Notes: generated by a model not told the origin, from the sequence alone. Counted from the stretch's first letter, positions 34,570 through 44,402 are shown. The stretch: 64,000 nucleotides of DNA from an uncultured Pseudomonadota bacterium (GCA_963791615.1 CAWBTE010000005.1:136033-200032); one strand, 5' to 3'. Numbers and translations: made by a program.

Positions 34570-36057
34570 TTAATTTGGCAACGCAGCCGTGAGCCTCACG
34601 CTGTGGATCTCGCCCGCTGCTGAAAACAGCAACTGATGCCGGACGTGCACGAAATCAACATGCAGCTCGGCAAATTCCTCACCCGCATCCCAACGCAGCA
34701 CCAACTGACCGGCATGCTCATGAGCGCAACTGAACTGGCCATTGAATGCAGAATGGGTGTTGCGCAGGCGGATCAGCTCGCACAACTGCGTAACGACATT
34801 CTGTTTTAGCGCCGTCATGATCTCGTCGCGCGAGTAGTAATGACGATTGATGTCGCGCCCGACGCCACTGCGCGCCAGCAGCTGCGTATCGTTCTGGCCG
34901 GCCAGCAGGCCTACGTAGTAGACCTGTGGAATGCCCGGCAGGAAGAACTGGATGGCGCGCGCCAGCAGGTAGTTCACGTCATCGCGCGCCATGGCATCGT
35001 AAAAAGTGCAATTGACCTGGTACAGATCCAGGTTGGATGCGGCTGCGCCTGTGGCCAGTTTGCTGCTGCCGCCACTGTTGCGGTGAATGATCTCCACCAG
35101 TTGATCCAGTTCATCAGGCGGCACCAGTCCAGGTTGGCTTTCTGGAGCTTTGCGCTCGGCGCCGATATCGATGATGCCAATGCCATCATGCGTATCGAGC
35201 ACCGTCAGCGCATTGACTGGCCGGATATCGATCCATTCTTTAAGGTGCCTGGCCGTGCGAAATGCAAAGGCATGCAGCAACAGCGGCGGCAGCGCAAAGT
35301 CATACACCCAGTCGACATGGCGGGCAATTTCCACCTGCTTGCGATAATAGGAGTGAATCTCGACCAGGACTTCCAACCCCAGGCTACGTGCGATGCTGGA
35401 AAAATCGCCGATGAATTCAAAGGTCTCGGGCATCATGAAGCAGGACGAACCGGCTTTTTTGATTGCATAACCCACCGCATCGAGGCGCACCATGCGAATG
35501 CCGTTGTCGCTGAAGGTTTGCAGGATACGGTGCAGGTAAGCAGCGCCTTGCGGATGTTTGACATCAATATCGATTTGCTGCGGCGTAAAGGTCGTCCACA
35601 GCGTGCACTGCTCACCATTGGCCAGCTTGACCGGTGTGAATGGCAGCCCGGGCCGTGGTCGGTAGATGGCCTGCAAGTCCGGTTCGCTAGCGCCGTGCGG
35701 AAACACCTTGGCACGCGTCAGAAATAGGCCGTCATATTGCGAGGCATGGCCTTTCTGCAGGAAGTCGATGAACTGCGGCGATTCGCTGGACATGTGATTG
35801 ACGATGACATCGGCCATCACCTCGGTCTGTTGCGACAAGGCGCTGATATCCATCCAGCTACCCAGTCTGGGATCCACTTGCGTGTGATCTGTGGGATCAA
35901 AGCCTGCATCGGCACCGTCAATGGCATTGAAGAATGGCAGCAGGTGCACACCACCAAACAACCCCTCCATCGGGCCCTGCAGCAGCGCTAACAGTTCAGC
36001 GATGCCACCTCCAGCAAGGCGGTCGATATAAGTGATGAGCTGAACCTGATTCTTCAT
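34570..36057 (-). CDS. GH13 sucrose phosphorylase-family enzyme
   Basis: The ATG at 36057 gives MKNQVQLITYIDRLAGGGIAELL. It contains GVHLLPFFNAIDGADAGFDPTDHTQVDPRLGSW, VMADVIVNHMS, IRMVRLDAVGY and VLVEIHSYY (the catalytic-region pattern of sucrose phosphorylases). Confidence 0.8.
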   Translation of the reverse strand: MKNQVQLITYIDRLAGGGIAELLALLQGPMEGLFGGVHLLPFFNAIDGADAGFDPTDHTQVDPRLGSWMDISALSQQTEVMADVIVNHMSSESPQFIDFLQKGHASQYDGLFLTRAKVFPHGASEPDLQAIYRPRPGLPFTPVKLANGEQCTLWTTFTPQQIDIDVKHPQGAAYLHRILQTFSDNGIRMVRLDAVGYAIKKAGSSCFMMPETFEFIGDFSSIARSLGLEVLVEIHSYYRKQVEIARHVDWVYDFALPPLLLHAFAFRTARHLKEWIDIRPVNALTVLDTHDGIGIIDIGAERKAPESQPGLVPPDELDQLVEIIHRNSGGSSKLATGAAASNLDLYQVNCTFYDAMARDDVNYLLARAIQFFLPGIPQVYYVGLLAGQNDTQLLARSGVGRDINRHYYSRDEIMTALKQNVVTQLCELIRLRNTHSAFNGQFSCAHEHAGQLVLRWDAGEEFAELHVDFVHVRHQLLFSAAGEIHSVRLTAALPN

Positions 36058-36100
36058 TCTGTCTGGATAACGTATTGAGATCCCCATGTGCTGATTAAAA

Positions 36101-36114
36101 TACAATCGATTGCA
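36101..36114. promoter_or_regulatory. Second LacI-family operator TACAATCGATTGCA in the divergent GH13/MFS intergenic region
   Basis: 13/14 identical to the site at 34489-34502. It lies between the divergent start codons at 36057 and 36195. Confidence 0.6.
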
Positions 36115-36194
36115 TTCGTTGTAAAGAGGTATATTCTACAAACCGGGGAGACGCCAGCTTGATCGCACTGCAACAAAATACAGGCAGGAACACG

Positions 36195-37439
36195 ATGAAC
36201 ATGTCAGCCGCTACCAGCGATGATCACAACAGCACACTGATCAAGTGGCTCACTTATCTGATGTTTCTGATGTTCGCGATGACCAGCGATGCGGTGGGCA
36301 GCATCATCCCGAAGATCATCGAAGAATTCCGGCTGAGTCTCAAAGCCGCCAGCGCTTTTCACTATGTGCCGATGGCAGCAATTGCCGGCGGCGCAGTGTT
36401 GCTGGGTTTCATGGCTGATCGCGCCGGACGCAAGACCACCATTATCATCGGCTTGCTTCTCTATGGAGTGAGCTCGTTACTGTTCGCCTTCGGCAACTCT
36501 TTTGGCACATTCGTGGCGCTGCTGGCCTGCGCTGGCTTTGGCGTCAGCATATTCAAGGTTGGGGCTCTGGCCCTGATTGGCGATATTGCCAAGTCAACCA
36601 GCGAACATACGGCACTGATGAACAAGGTTGAAGGCTTCTTTGGCATCGGCGCGATTATTGGACCGGCCGTGGTTGCACTGCTGCTCAGCGCCGGCATGTC
36701 ATGGAAGTATCTGTATGTCTTTGCCGCCTGCATTTGCGGATTGCTGATTGCGATCGCGCTCATGGTGCGCTATCCACACACTCACCATGCAGGCACCGAG
36801 CCGATCAATCTGGCGCGCACGCTGAAGATGATGCGCAATCATTATGCTCTGGGCTTTTCAGCACTCATCATGCTGTACGTCGCCGTGGAAGTGGCCATCT
36901 ATGTGTGGATGCCCACCTACCTGCAGGACTATCAGGGCCCGATGACCTGGCTGGCTGGTTACGCACTGACCATTTTCTTTGTGCTGCGTGCGGCAGGCCG
37001 TTTTATGGGCGCCTGGTTATTGCAACGCTTCCGCTGGACGTTGATTCTGGCGGTGTTCGCCAGCGCCATACTGCTGTGTTTTGTGGGCGCGCTTTACGGC
37101 GGCGTGAGTGTCGGCGTTTACCTGCTGCCGCTTTCCGGCCTGTTCATGTCCATGATGTATCCGACCCTGAACTCCAAGGGCATCAGCTGTTTTATCAGGG
37201 ATGAACATGGCGCTGTAGCGGGTGTGATTCTGTTCTTTACCGCGTGTGCGGCTGCGGCTGGCCCGTTGCTGATGGCAGCCATCAGCGATGCCTTTGGTGG
37301 TATTCAGTATGGCTTCATGCTGGCCACTGCCTTTGCAGCGCTGCTGTGGATCGGATTACTCGCGAATCACCTGTTTGATCCGGCCGGGCGGCGTCTGCAA
37401 CAACTGGATCGCAGTGAATACGCGGAAGTCCAGACCTGA
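36195..37439 (+). CDS. MFS transporter (probable sugar importer of the sucrose locus)
   Basis: ATG 36195 (MNMSAATSDD), preceded by AGGCAGGAA. It has about 12 TM segments and the MFS motif GFMADRAGRK. Confidence 0.8.
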   Translation: MNMSAATSDDHNSTLIKWLTYLMFLMFAMTSDAVGSIIPKIIEEFRLSLKAASAFHYVPMAAIAGGAVLLGFMADRAGRKTTIIIGLLLYGVSSLLFAFGNSFGTFVALLACAGFGVSIFKVGALALIGDIAKSTSEHTALMNKVEGFFGIGAIIGPAVVALLLSAGMSWKYLYVFAACICGLLIAIALMVRYPHTHHAGTEPINLARTLKMMRNHYALGFSALIMLYVAVEVAIYVWMPTYLQDYQGPMTWLAGYALTIFFVLRAAGRFMGAWLLQRFRWTLILAVFASAILLCFVGALYGGVSVGVYLLPLSGLFMSMMYPTLNSKGISCFIRDEHGAVAGVILFFTACAAAAGPLLMAAISDAFGGIQYGFMLATAFAALLWIGLLANHLFDPAGRRLQQLDRSEYAEVQT

Positions 37440-37457
37440 TTCCAATTCGACCGCGAA

Positions 37458-38495
37458 CTAACGCTTGCCGGATACAACGCTCGATTCACGCAGGATCAAC
37501 TCGGCAGACATGGTAACCGAGGAGGTTTCTTCACCCTCAATACGCCGCAGCAGCAGATCCACCAGCGTTTTTGCGCCGCGCTGCAAATCCTGCCTCACCG
37601 TGGTCAAGGCAGGATGCACATGTGCCGCCATCGGAATATCGTCGAAGCCCACCACCGCCACATCAGCCGGAACGGACAGGCCGGATGCCGCAATCGCACG
37701 CATGGCGCTGATGGCAATCACATCAGTAGAAGCAAACACGGCGTCAAATCTGGCGCCGCTACGGATATGCGCCCGCACTGATTCATAGGCGGTATCAGGC
37801 ATCATGTGCGCCGGCACGATGCGATCCACCGCGACGCTGCGCGATACCCGCGCCAGTGCACTCAGATAACCTTCATGACGCAACTGGATTTCGGGAATGG
37901 CAGGATCACCCAGAAACAGGATGCGCCGCCGGCCAGTACTGAGCAGATGCTCAACGGCCATGCGTGCGCCAGCCTCGTTATCAGTGCCGACCGTGCAGTA
38001 ACGTTGCTGCGGAAGCTGGCCACCCCACACCACCAGCGGCAGATAGTTGCGGGCGGCATCCTGCAACGCGGCATGCTCGGTACTCTGACCAATCACGATG
38101 ATGCCGTCAGAGCGGCGTGCAGCGATCAGCGTCGTCAGCCAGCTGTCCATTGGCGGCAGCACTTTCTGCAGGAACATGCCATAACCGCGTTGGGTAATCT
38201 CGTCGGCCAGATGACCCAGCATGTCTACGAAGAATGGATCGGTCAGCGTCTGTCCGGTTTCGTGGCCCAGCGGAATCACCACGCTCAGCGTCTGGGTGCG
38301 ATTCAGACGCAGATTGCGCGCGGTGGAATTCACCACGTAGCCCTGTTCGCGCGCGACCCTGAGAATCTTGTCGCGCATGCTTTGCTCGACCAGCGGACTG
38401 CCAGCCAGAGCACGCGACACAGTCGATGCATGAACGCCCGCCAGTCTGGCTATGTCGGACATCCTCGCGGGACCGGATCGCTTGCGTTTGGTCAT
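37458..38495 (-). CDS. LacI-family transcriptional repressor
   Basis: 345 aa. It has an N-terminal HTH (MSDIARLAGVHASTVSRALAG) and a periplasmic-binding-protein-like sugar-binding domain. Confidence 0.9.
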   Translation of the reverse strand: MTKRKRSGPARMSDIARLAGVHASTVSRALAGSPLVEQSMRDKILRVAREQGYVVNSTARNLRLNRTQTLSVVIPLGHETGQTLTDPFFVDMLGHLADEITQRGYGMFLQKVLPPMDSWLTTLIAARRSDGIIVIGQSTEHAALQDAARNYLPLVVWGGQLPQQRYCTVGTDNEAGARMAVEHLLSTGRRRILFLGDPAIPEIQLRHEGYLSALARVSRSVAVDRIVPAHMMPDTAYESVRAHIRSGARFDAVFASTDVIAISAMRAIAASGLSVPADVAVVGFDDIPMAAHVHPALTTVRQDLQRGAKTLVDLLLRRIEGEETSSVTMSAELILRESSVVSGKR

Positions 38496-38702
38496 CTGTA
38501 TGTTCGTTTTGGGAGCGTATCGGAACTGGGTGATGGATATTGTGCCCCACGATGAGGCTCGTCAATTTTCGATCCTGTCGTTCTGCGATTTACCGTAGGC
38601 AAGCGCCCACTGTAAACCTACAATGGCCCGCATAAACTGTTCTGGGATGCCCACGCCGGCTGCATCACCACCCGGTTCTGCTATTACTCATGAGGCTTGG
38701 TA

Positions 38703-40532
38703 ATGACCGTCCATTCGCCACTGCATCCCCGCATTGCTGAAGTCACTGCACGCATCATCGAGCGCAGTCGGGATTCGCGCAAAGTTTATTTGCAGCGCAT
38801 GCAGGCGGCGCGTCACAGCGGTCCGTCGCGCGCGCAACTGGCCTGTACCAATCTCGCCCATGGTTTTGCCGCCGCCGATGCGCCGGACAAACCTCAATTG
38901 AAGTCGGGCCGCTGGCCCAACATCGGCATTGTTTCGGCGTACAACGACATGCTGTCGGCGCACCGGCCGCTGGAACGTTATCCGGCGCTGATCAAACTGG
39001 CCGCGCGCGAAGCCGGTGCGGTGGCGCAGTTTGCCGGCGGTGTGCCGGCGATGTGTGATGGCGTCACGCAGGGTCAGCCGGGCATGGAGCTGTCCCTGTT
39101 CAGTCGCGATGTGATTGCCATGAGCACCGCCATTGCCTTGTCGCACAACATGTTTGACGCCGCGCTGTGTCTGGGAGTGTGCGACAAGATCGTGCCGGGA
39201 TTATTTATTGGCGCGCTGTCCTTCGGCCATCTGCCGACGATCTTCGTGCCCGGTGGCCCGATGCCCTCCGGCCTGCCAAATAAAGAGAAGGCGAAAATCC
39301 GCCAGCTGTTTGCCGAGGGCAAAGTCGGTCGCGACGCATTGCTCGAATCTGAAGCACAGAGTTATCACAGCGAAGGCACCTGCACTTTTTATGGTACGGC
39401 CAACAGCAATCAGATGCTGATGGAGATCATGGGTCTGCATCTGCCGGGCAGCGCCTTCATTCAGCCCAACACGCCGCTACGTGATGCACTGACCAGCGCG
39501 GCGGCCAAACGGGTTGCACAGACGACTGCGCTCGGTGAGCAGTACTTGCCCATGGCCGAGATCATCAATGAGCGCGCCATCGTCAATGCCATTATTGGTT
39601 TGCTGGCGACGGGTGGTTCCACCAATCACACCCTGCATCTGGTGGCCATGGCCAAAGCCGCAGGCGTGCTGATCAACTGGGATGATTTCAGCGAACTGTC
39701 GGAGGTGATCCCGCTGCTGGCGCGCGTGTATCCCAACGGCAGCGCCGACGTGAATCATTTTCATGCTGCTGGCGGCATGGGCTTTCTTATTCGCGAACTG
39801 TTGCAGGCAGGCCTGCTGCATGGCGATGTAAATACCGTGATGGGCAAGGGCTTGCAGCACTTTACGCAGGAGCCTTTTCTGGGAGAAAGCGGCCTGGTGT
39901 GGCGTGACGCTCCCGTCAACAGCGGTGATGAAACCGTGCTGCGTCCGGCCAGCAACCCATTCAGTAGTGACGGCGGCCTGAAGCTGCTGCAGGGCAATCT
40001 GGGTCGTGCGGTCATCAAGACTTCCTCAGTCGCACCAGAACATCGCGTAGTCACTGCGCCCGCACTGGTATTCGACGATCAACTAGATGTGGTCAAGGCG
40101 TTCAAGGACGGCAAGCTGGCGCGTGACTTTGTTGCAGTGGTGCGTTATCAGGGGCCGCGCGCCAATGGCATGCCGGAACTGCACCAGCTCACACCCTCGC
40201 TGGCCTCACTACAGAGCAAGGGCTTTCATGTTGCGCTGGTCACGGATGGTCGTATGTCCGGCGCCTCAGGCACCGTCCCTGCGGCTATCCACGTCACGCC
40301 CGAATGTCTGAACAATGGCCCGCTACGGCATGTACGCGATGGCGACATCATCCATCTCGACAGCAATCACGGCATTCTTGAAGCCAGAGTGCCTGCTGAA
40401 GAATGGCATGCGCGACAGGAAGCCACCCCCGACCTGTCGCACAATGCCTTTGGCATGGGCCGCGAATTGTTCACCAGCTTCCGCAGCGTAGCCTGTGATG
40501 CAGAAGCCGGCGCCAGCAGTTTCGGGAATTGA
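38703..40532 (+). CDS. edd: Phosphogluconate dehydratase (Entner-Doudoroff)
   Basis: ATG 38703 gives [22 protein letters not shown]. It contains [26 protein letters not shown] and [10 protein letters not shown]. Confidence 0.95.
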   Translation: MTVHSPLHPRIAEVTARIIERSRDSRKVYLQRMQAARHSGPSRAQLACTNLAHGFAAADAPDKPQLKSGRWPNIGIVSAYNDMLSAHRPLERYPALIKLAAREAGAVAQFAGGVPAMCDGVTQGQPGMELSLFSRDVIAMSTAIALSHNMFDAALCLGVCDKIVPGLFIGALSFGHLPTIFVPGGPMPSGLPNKEKAKIRQLFAEGKVGRDALLESEAQSYHSEGTCTFYGTANSNQMLMEIMGLHLPGSAFIQPNTPLRDALTSAAAKRVAQTTALGEQYLPMAEIINERAIVNAIIGLLATGGSTNHTLHLVAMAKAAGVLINWDDFSELSEVIPLLARVYPNGSADVNHFHAAGGMGFLIRELLQAGLLHGDVNTVMGKGLQHFTQEPFLGESGLVWRDAPVNSGDETVLRPASNPFSSDGGLKLLQGNLGRAVIKTSSVAPEHRVVTAPALVFDDQLDVVKAFKDGKLARDFVAVVRYQGPRANGMPELHQLTPSLASLQSKGFHVALVTDGRMSGASGTVPAAIHVTPECLNNGPLRHVRDGDIIHLDSNHGILEARVPAEEWHARQEATPDLSHNAFGMGRELFTSFRSVACDAEAGASSFGN

Positions 40533-40562
40533 TTTGTCGATTACCTACGAGATCATCCGCAT

Positions 40563-41189
40563 ATGAACATTCGCGACATCATGAAAGTAGCGCCGGTCAT
40601 TCCGGTACTGATCATTGAACGTCTGGAACATGCTGCACCATTAGCGCAGGCGTTGTGCGCCGGCGGCTTGCGGGTACTGGAAATCACGCTGCGCACACCG
40701 GTGGCGCTGGCCGCCATCGAAGCCATGCGCAAGGCCGTACCCGATGCCATTGTCGGCGTGGGCACACTGACCAGGCCGGAAGATTTTCAGGCAGCAGAAC
40801 GGGTGGGCGCACAATTCGGCGTATCGCCGGGCCTGACAGCGGAACTCGCGCAAGCATCACGCACCGTCAACTTCCCCTTGTTGCCCGGCGTGATGACGCC
40901 CGCAGAAGTCATCGCCGCACGCCTGCAAGGCTTCAACGCATTGAAACTGTTTCCCGCCATGCAGGCCGGCGGCATCGGCATGCTGAAAGCACTGGCCTCG
41001 CCCTTCAGCGATGTGATGTTCTGCCCCACCGGCGGCATCACCCGCGAATCAGCGCCGGAGTTTCTGGCATTGCCCAATGTCGCCTGCGTCGGCGGCTCAT
41101 GGGTAGCACCCGGCAAGTTGCTGGAAAGCGGCGACTGGCAAGGCATCGAGAAGCTGGCGCGTGAGGCGGCGGCGCTGCCGCGGAGTTAG
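40563..41189 (+). CDS. eda: KDPG/KHG aldolase
   Basis: 208 aa. It contains PVIPVLIIERLEHAAPLAQAL, LEITLRTP, KLFPA and FCPTGGI. Confidence 0.9.
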   Translation: MNIRDIMKVAPVIPVLIIERLEHAAPLAQALCAGGLRVLEITLRTPVALAAIEAMRKAVPDAIVGVGTLTRPEDFQAAERVGAQFGVSPGLTAELAQASRTVNFPLLPGVMTPAEVIAARLQGFNALKLFPAMQAGGIGMLKALASPFSDVMFCPTGGITRESAPEFLALPNVACVGGSWVAPGKLLESGDWQGIEKLAREAAALPRS

Positions 41190-41311
41190 GGCGGGAGCCG
41201 ACTCGAATGGGAAGCAGGTGTTGCTCCAGAGCAGTCACTTCCATTTATCGAAAAGGACAGCCATGCAAATTCCCCCTAACTCGGTGCCAGGCACCATTTG
41301 CGCGAGGCTGG

Positions 41312-43243
41312 CTAATACGACTTGCTCCCGGCACCCCTACCAGCCATTGCTCCTAGGCCAAAGCGCCGCGCCTCCTCCAAGTCTATACGAACGTTCTTCC
41401 CGGCTTGTTTCATCATGGCCAACAACTCACCTCCATTCACAAGCGTCAACGGCTTATTGCTCGCAAATGCATATGCGTCCGGCCCAAAAGTACTCGTCGT
41501 TACGAGAATTCCTTTGTTTGCACCTTCATTCATTACGGTGCCATAAAGGTCACGGACTGATGACACATCGACAGTGTTCGAATATCGTTTTGCCTGAATA
41601 ACAATCTTACCGCCTTTAATTGGATCAGGATCAAGCACCATTGCATCTACGCCACGATCGCGACTTGCTTGAGTGACTCTCACCTCCACGCCATCGCCAC
41701 CGAAAATTTTCTCAAACAACTCGCGTATCAGGTGTTCGAACTTTTCCCAATCCATAGTCGCAAGATTCATTCCTTCCGCCATATCGTCAAAAACATTCTG
41801 GCCTGTAACAAATCTGGGATCGCTTAAGTCGATAACGACTTGCGGACGAATAGGCACCACTTCATCAATCACTTGGGCAGATTGCCCGTTGTGATGCCTG
41901 AATGAACGATTTGGATCAATATCTGGCAAGCTAATATCACGAAGACGCGGCGGTGAGTCTAATAACGAAGCAACAAATGCGCTTTGTTCCTTGCCTGTGG
42001 TTTTTGACTTGTATTTGACCCAGCCATTGACTGCAATGGACTTCAAACGATTACTGAAATCAGCCAGCGCGAACTCAGCGGCGACTCGAAGAATGACCAG
42101 TGAATAAATCTCATTGAGCGTGTCTATTGTCTCGCGTTTATTGGCATTCTTAATTTCAATAGATGATGCGCCTCGCTTCGATTGCGACGCCTTCATTACC
42201 TGAAGCTCGCTGAGGACCGGTAAGCGAATCTCGGCGATCAATATCTCGCCAGCTTGATCTATTCCAATCACGAAGCGTTGCTCACACCAATCGGGAAGAG
42301 CAATTAACTTTCCTATCGCCTCGAAGTACGCTGATAGCCCTTCAGTCCCGCCCTGCTGATAACCTAACAGTAGCTGGCGATATTTCTCACGATGAGAAAA
42401 ACACGCTTTTGAATACCCATCAATGGCAGTTTGGTACTTTCTATCGAGGACTTTTTGTCTTTCAATTTTTGCACTATCAACCGCGTTTCTCTTTTCAGCC
42501 AAATTCCGTTCAATCAGACGGATGTTGTTGTTTGCTGCAGAAACTCTCTGAATCATATCCGTGACTCGAGCACGTGCAGCATTCACATCGCGCAGATCCT
42601 GAGCGTACAGCCGCAGTGTTAGCCGGCCGAGGATTGACATGGCATTGTGAACTTCAAAAACTGGCTCACTGAACGATAGAACCAGAGGTTGTATCGGGTC
42701 TGGCCACCCGATTCCCATGACTCTTGCCTGTGGCTTTGGAACGTTGACCAAGCATTTATCTTGTGACAAGCGACGGATCACAGCTGTAGGAGCGGGATAT
42801 GTCAGCGCGCAGATTTGTTTTCGTTGCTCAAGAACAATTATTGTCGTCTTGCTATCTCTGGGATCCGGCAGATCAACACCCTCGAAGACCGGCGGATCAA
42901 AGCCGTCTAGGACAACCTTTGGAAACTTCCAGCTATTTGCATCCTTGATCTGCGATTCAATTTCTAATAGCGCAAGATCATTCTCCTCAATATTGTCCGG
43001 AATCGACTTTGTAACCTGCGATTTAAGACGCCGCCGGAGATACCGCCGTATGGCTAGTGCAGTGGAATGGGCACTTCTTGATGCCGCATTTCCCGTGGCA
43101 GAAATAGCGCTCGCTCCCGCAGAAAACACTTCGGAAAGGAAATTGAACGCCGCTACGAGCACATAGCCAACTGAAAGCAGCAGAGCTATCCCTATTACTA
43201 TGTAAATCACTGCACCGACACCTGTGGTGGGAGCCCCAATCAT
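41312..43243 (-). CDS. Membrane-anchored coiled-coil protein with a C-terminal Mrr-like (PD-(D/E)xK) restriction endonuclease domain
   Basis: Track ORF 41312..43414. I prefer ATG 43243 (MIGAPTTGVGAVIYIVIGIALLLSVGYVLVAAFNF, TM helix), where the low-GC sequence begins. The C-terminus (WEKFEHLIRELFEKIFGG...RDRGVDAMVLD...KIVIQAKRYSNTVDVSSVRDLYG...GILVTTSTF) matches the Mrr_cat pattern. The middle contains a long coiled coil. Confidence 0.75.
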   Translation of the reverse strand: MIGAPTTGVGAVIYIVIGIALLLSVGYVLVAAFNFLSEVFSAGASAISATGNAASRSAHSTALAIRRYLRRRLKSQVTKSIPDNIEENDLALLEIESQIKDANSWKFPKVVLDGFDPPVFEGVDLPDPRDSKTTIIVLEQRKQICALTYPAPTAVIRRLSQDKCLVNVPKPQARVMGIGWPDPIQPLVLSFSEPVFEVHNAMSILGRLTLRLYAQDLRDVNAARARVTDMIQRVSAANNNIRLIERNLAEKRNAVDSAKIERQKVLDRKYQTAIDGYSKACFSHREKYRQLLLGYQQGGTEGLSAYFEAIGKLIALPDWCEQRFVIGIDQAGEILIAEIRLPVLSELQVMKASQSKRGASSIEIKNANKRETIDTLNEIYSLVILRVAAEFALADFSNRLKSIAVNGWVKYKSKTTGKEQSAFVASLLDSPPRLRDISLPDIDPNRSFRHHNGQSAQVIDEVVPIRPQVVIDLSDPRFVTGQNVFDDMAEGMNLATMDWEKFEHLIRELFEKIFGGDGVEVRVTQASRDRGVDAMVLDPDPIKGGKIVIQAKRYSNTVDVSSVRDLYGTVMNEGANKGILVTTSTFGPDAYAFASNKPLTLVNGGELLAMMKQAGKNVRIDLEEARRFGLGAMAGRGAGSKSY

Positions 43244-43423
43244 TGTGCAGCGGACCGCATACCTCAGCAAGTTACTTGAGGCGAAACTCTCGGATCGAGT
43301 GTGACCGGGACCGGGCCGGGATTGGCTATATAGAGCGGAACACGGTGCCGGGCACCGCGTTCGGGGGTATTCATATGGATTGACGTCGGGCCGTCGATCC
43401 GTAGATATTGGCACTGAGAGTGG

Positions 43424-43727
43424 TCATGCCGCACGCGGCATTCGAACTTTCACCGCCACATCAACCCTTGCACCGAGCAGATTGATCACCGCCATCAAAC
43501 GATCAACCGTGAAGCGACTCAAATCGGCGTTACGGATGCGGGAAAAATCCGCAGCGGCAATGCCTGTTTTAGCGTGCGCAGCTCGTGTGCTCAAGTCCAT
43601 CCTTGTCCATCCGCTTGATGATCTCCGCGGCCAGAATGGCCTTGAGTTGCTCAACGTCTGCATAGGGTCGTTTGACATCGCGGTAGACATTGCCGCTGCC
43701 ACGGGTCACTTCAATTCGTTCACTCAT
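43424..43727 (-). pseudogene. higA: HigA-type XRE-HTH antitoxin with a +1 frame break at ~43590-43595
   Basis: ATG 43727 overlaps the higB stop (ATGA). It reads MSERIEVTRGSGNVYRDVKRPYADVEQLKAILAAEIIKRMDKDGL and then hits a premature stop. The next frame continues STRAAHAKTGIAAADFSRIRNADLSRFTVDRLMAVINLLGARVDVAVKV. The span is 304 nt = 3n+1. Confidence 0.75.
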
Positions 43728-44071
43728 CGCAATATCTCCCGTAACCGCTTCAATCTATCTCTTACCAGATCAATTTCATGCCGCGGTGTTTTAATGCCCT
43801 GCGTGGATTTTTTCTGAAAGGCATGCACCACCCAGACATCCGCCCCAAGCTGCACCGCATATACGACACGAAATGCATTTCCAGCATAGGGCAACGCTAT
43901 TTCCAATACGCCCGAACCCAGACCCTTCAATGGTTTGGCTATATCCGACTTGCCGCCCTCAGCCGCAATGGTCAAAGCCGCCAAGCAAATCGATTGCGCC
44001 TCGTCAGGAAATTTGTTGAATTCCTTCAGTGCCGCATTGACCCAGGATATTGGTCGTGTCTTCCGTGTCAT
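43724..44071 (-). CDS. higB: HigB/RelE-superfamily toxin (phage Gp49-like, DUF891)
   Basis: ATG 44071 gives MTRKTRPISWVNAALKEFNKFPDEAQSICLAALTIAAEGGKSDIAKPLKGLGSGVLEIALPYAGNAFRVVYAVQLGADVWVVHAFQKKS. The toxin-first order with an XRE antitoxin downstream is typical of higBA. Confidence 0.8.
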   Translation of the reverse strand: MTRKTRPISWVNAALKEFNKFPDEAQSICLAALTIAAEGGKSDIAKPLKGLGSGVLEIALPYAGNAFRVVYAVQLGADVWVVHAFQKKSTQGIKTPRHEIDLVRDRLKRLREILR

Positions 44072-44234
44072 GGGGCAACTTTTGCACGGCCGGCTGGCTG
44101 ATGTCAAATATGACAACGTATGTATTTGCCCATACTGTGCCGGGTCATCGCTTGCTCCTCACTGCTGACAAGCAGTCATTCAAGCGTTCGGTATCGAGAA
44201 AATCGAAGCCGAGGCTCGAATGTCTCATAATGGG

Positions 44235-44402
44235 AATGGCGCTCTTAAGAGCAAGCTGCATCTTTTGGTGGTGATTGCGTCCTCTCTCCCCTTGCGGGAG
44301 AGAGACAGAGTGAGGGGCTTCTAGCTGCAGACGCGAACCACACCCTCACCCCAACCCTCTCCCTGAGGGAGAGGGAACTGGATCGGCGTCTTAAGCGCCA
44401 TT
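44235..44402. repeat. Inverted-repeat-bounded element carrying two REP-like hairpins
   Basis: The ends AATGGCGCTCTTAAGAG (44235-44251) and GTCTTAAGCGCCATT (44388-44402) are imperfect inverted repeats. Internal hairpins are CTCTCTCCC-cttgc-GGGAGAGAG (44283-44304) and CCCTCTCCC-tga-GGGAGAGGG (44355-44375). A related partial copy lies at 27623-27667. Confidence 0.6.

Noticed and set aside
43244-43414. 57-codon N-terminal extension of the nuclease ORF (MPISTDRRPDVNPYEYPRTRC...)
   Set aside because: The extension is GC-rich, unlike the rest of the gene, has no membrane or domain features, and the internal ATG 43243 starts directly at the TM helix. It is probably 5-prime UTR or promoter. The choice of start remains uncertain.
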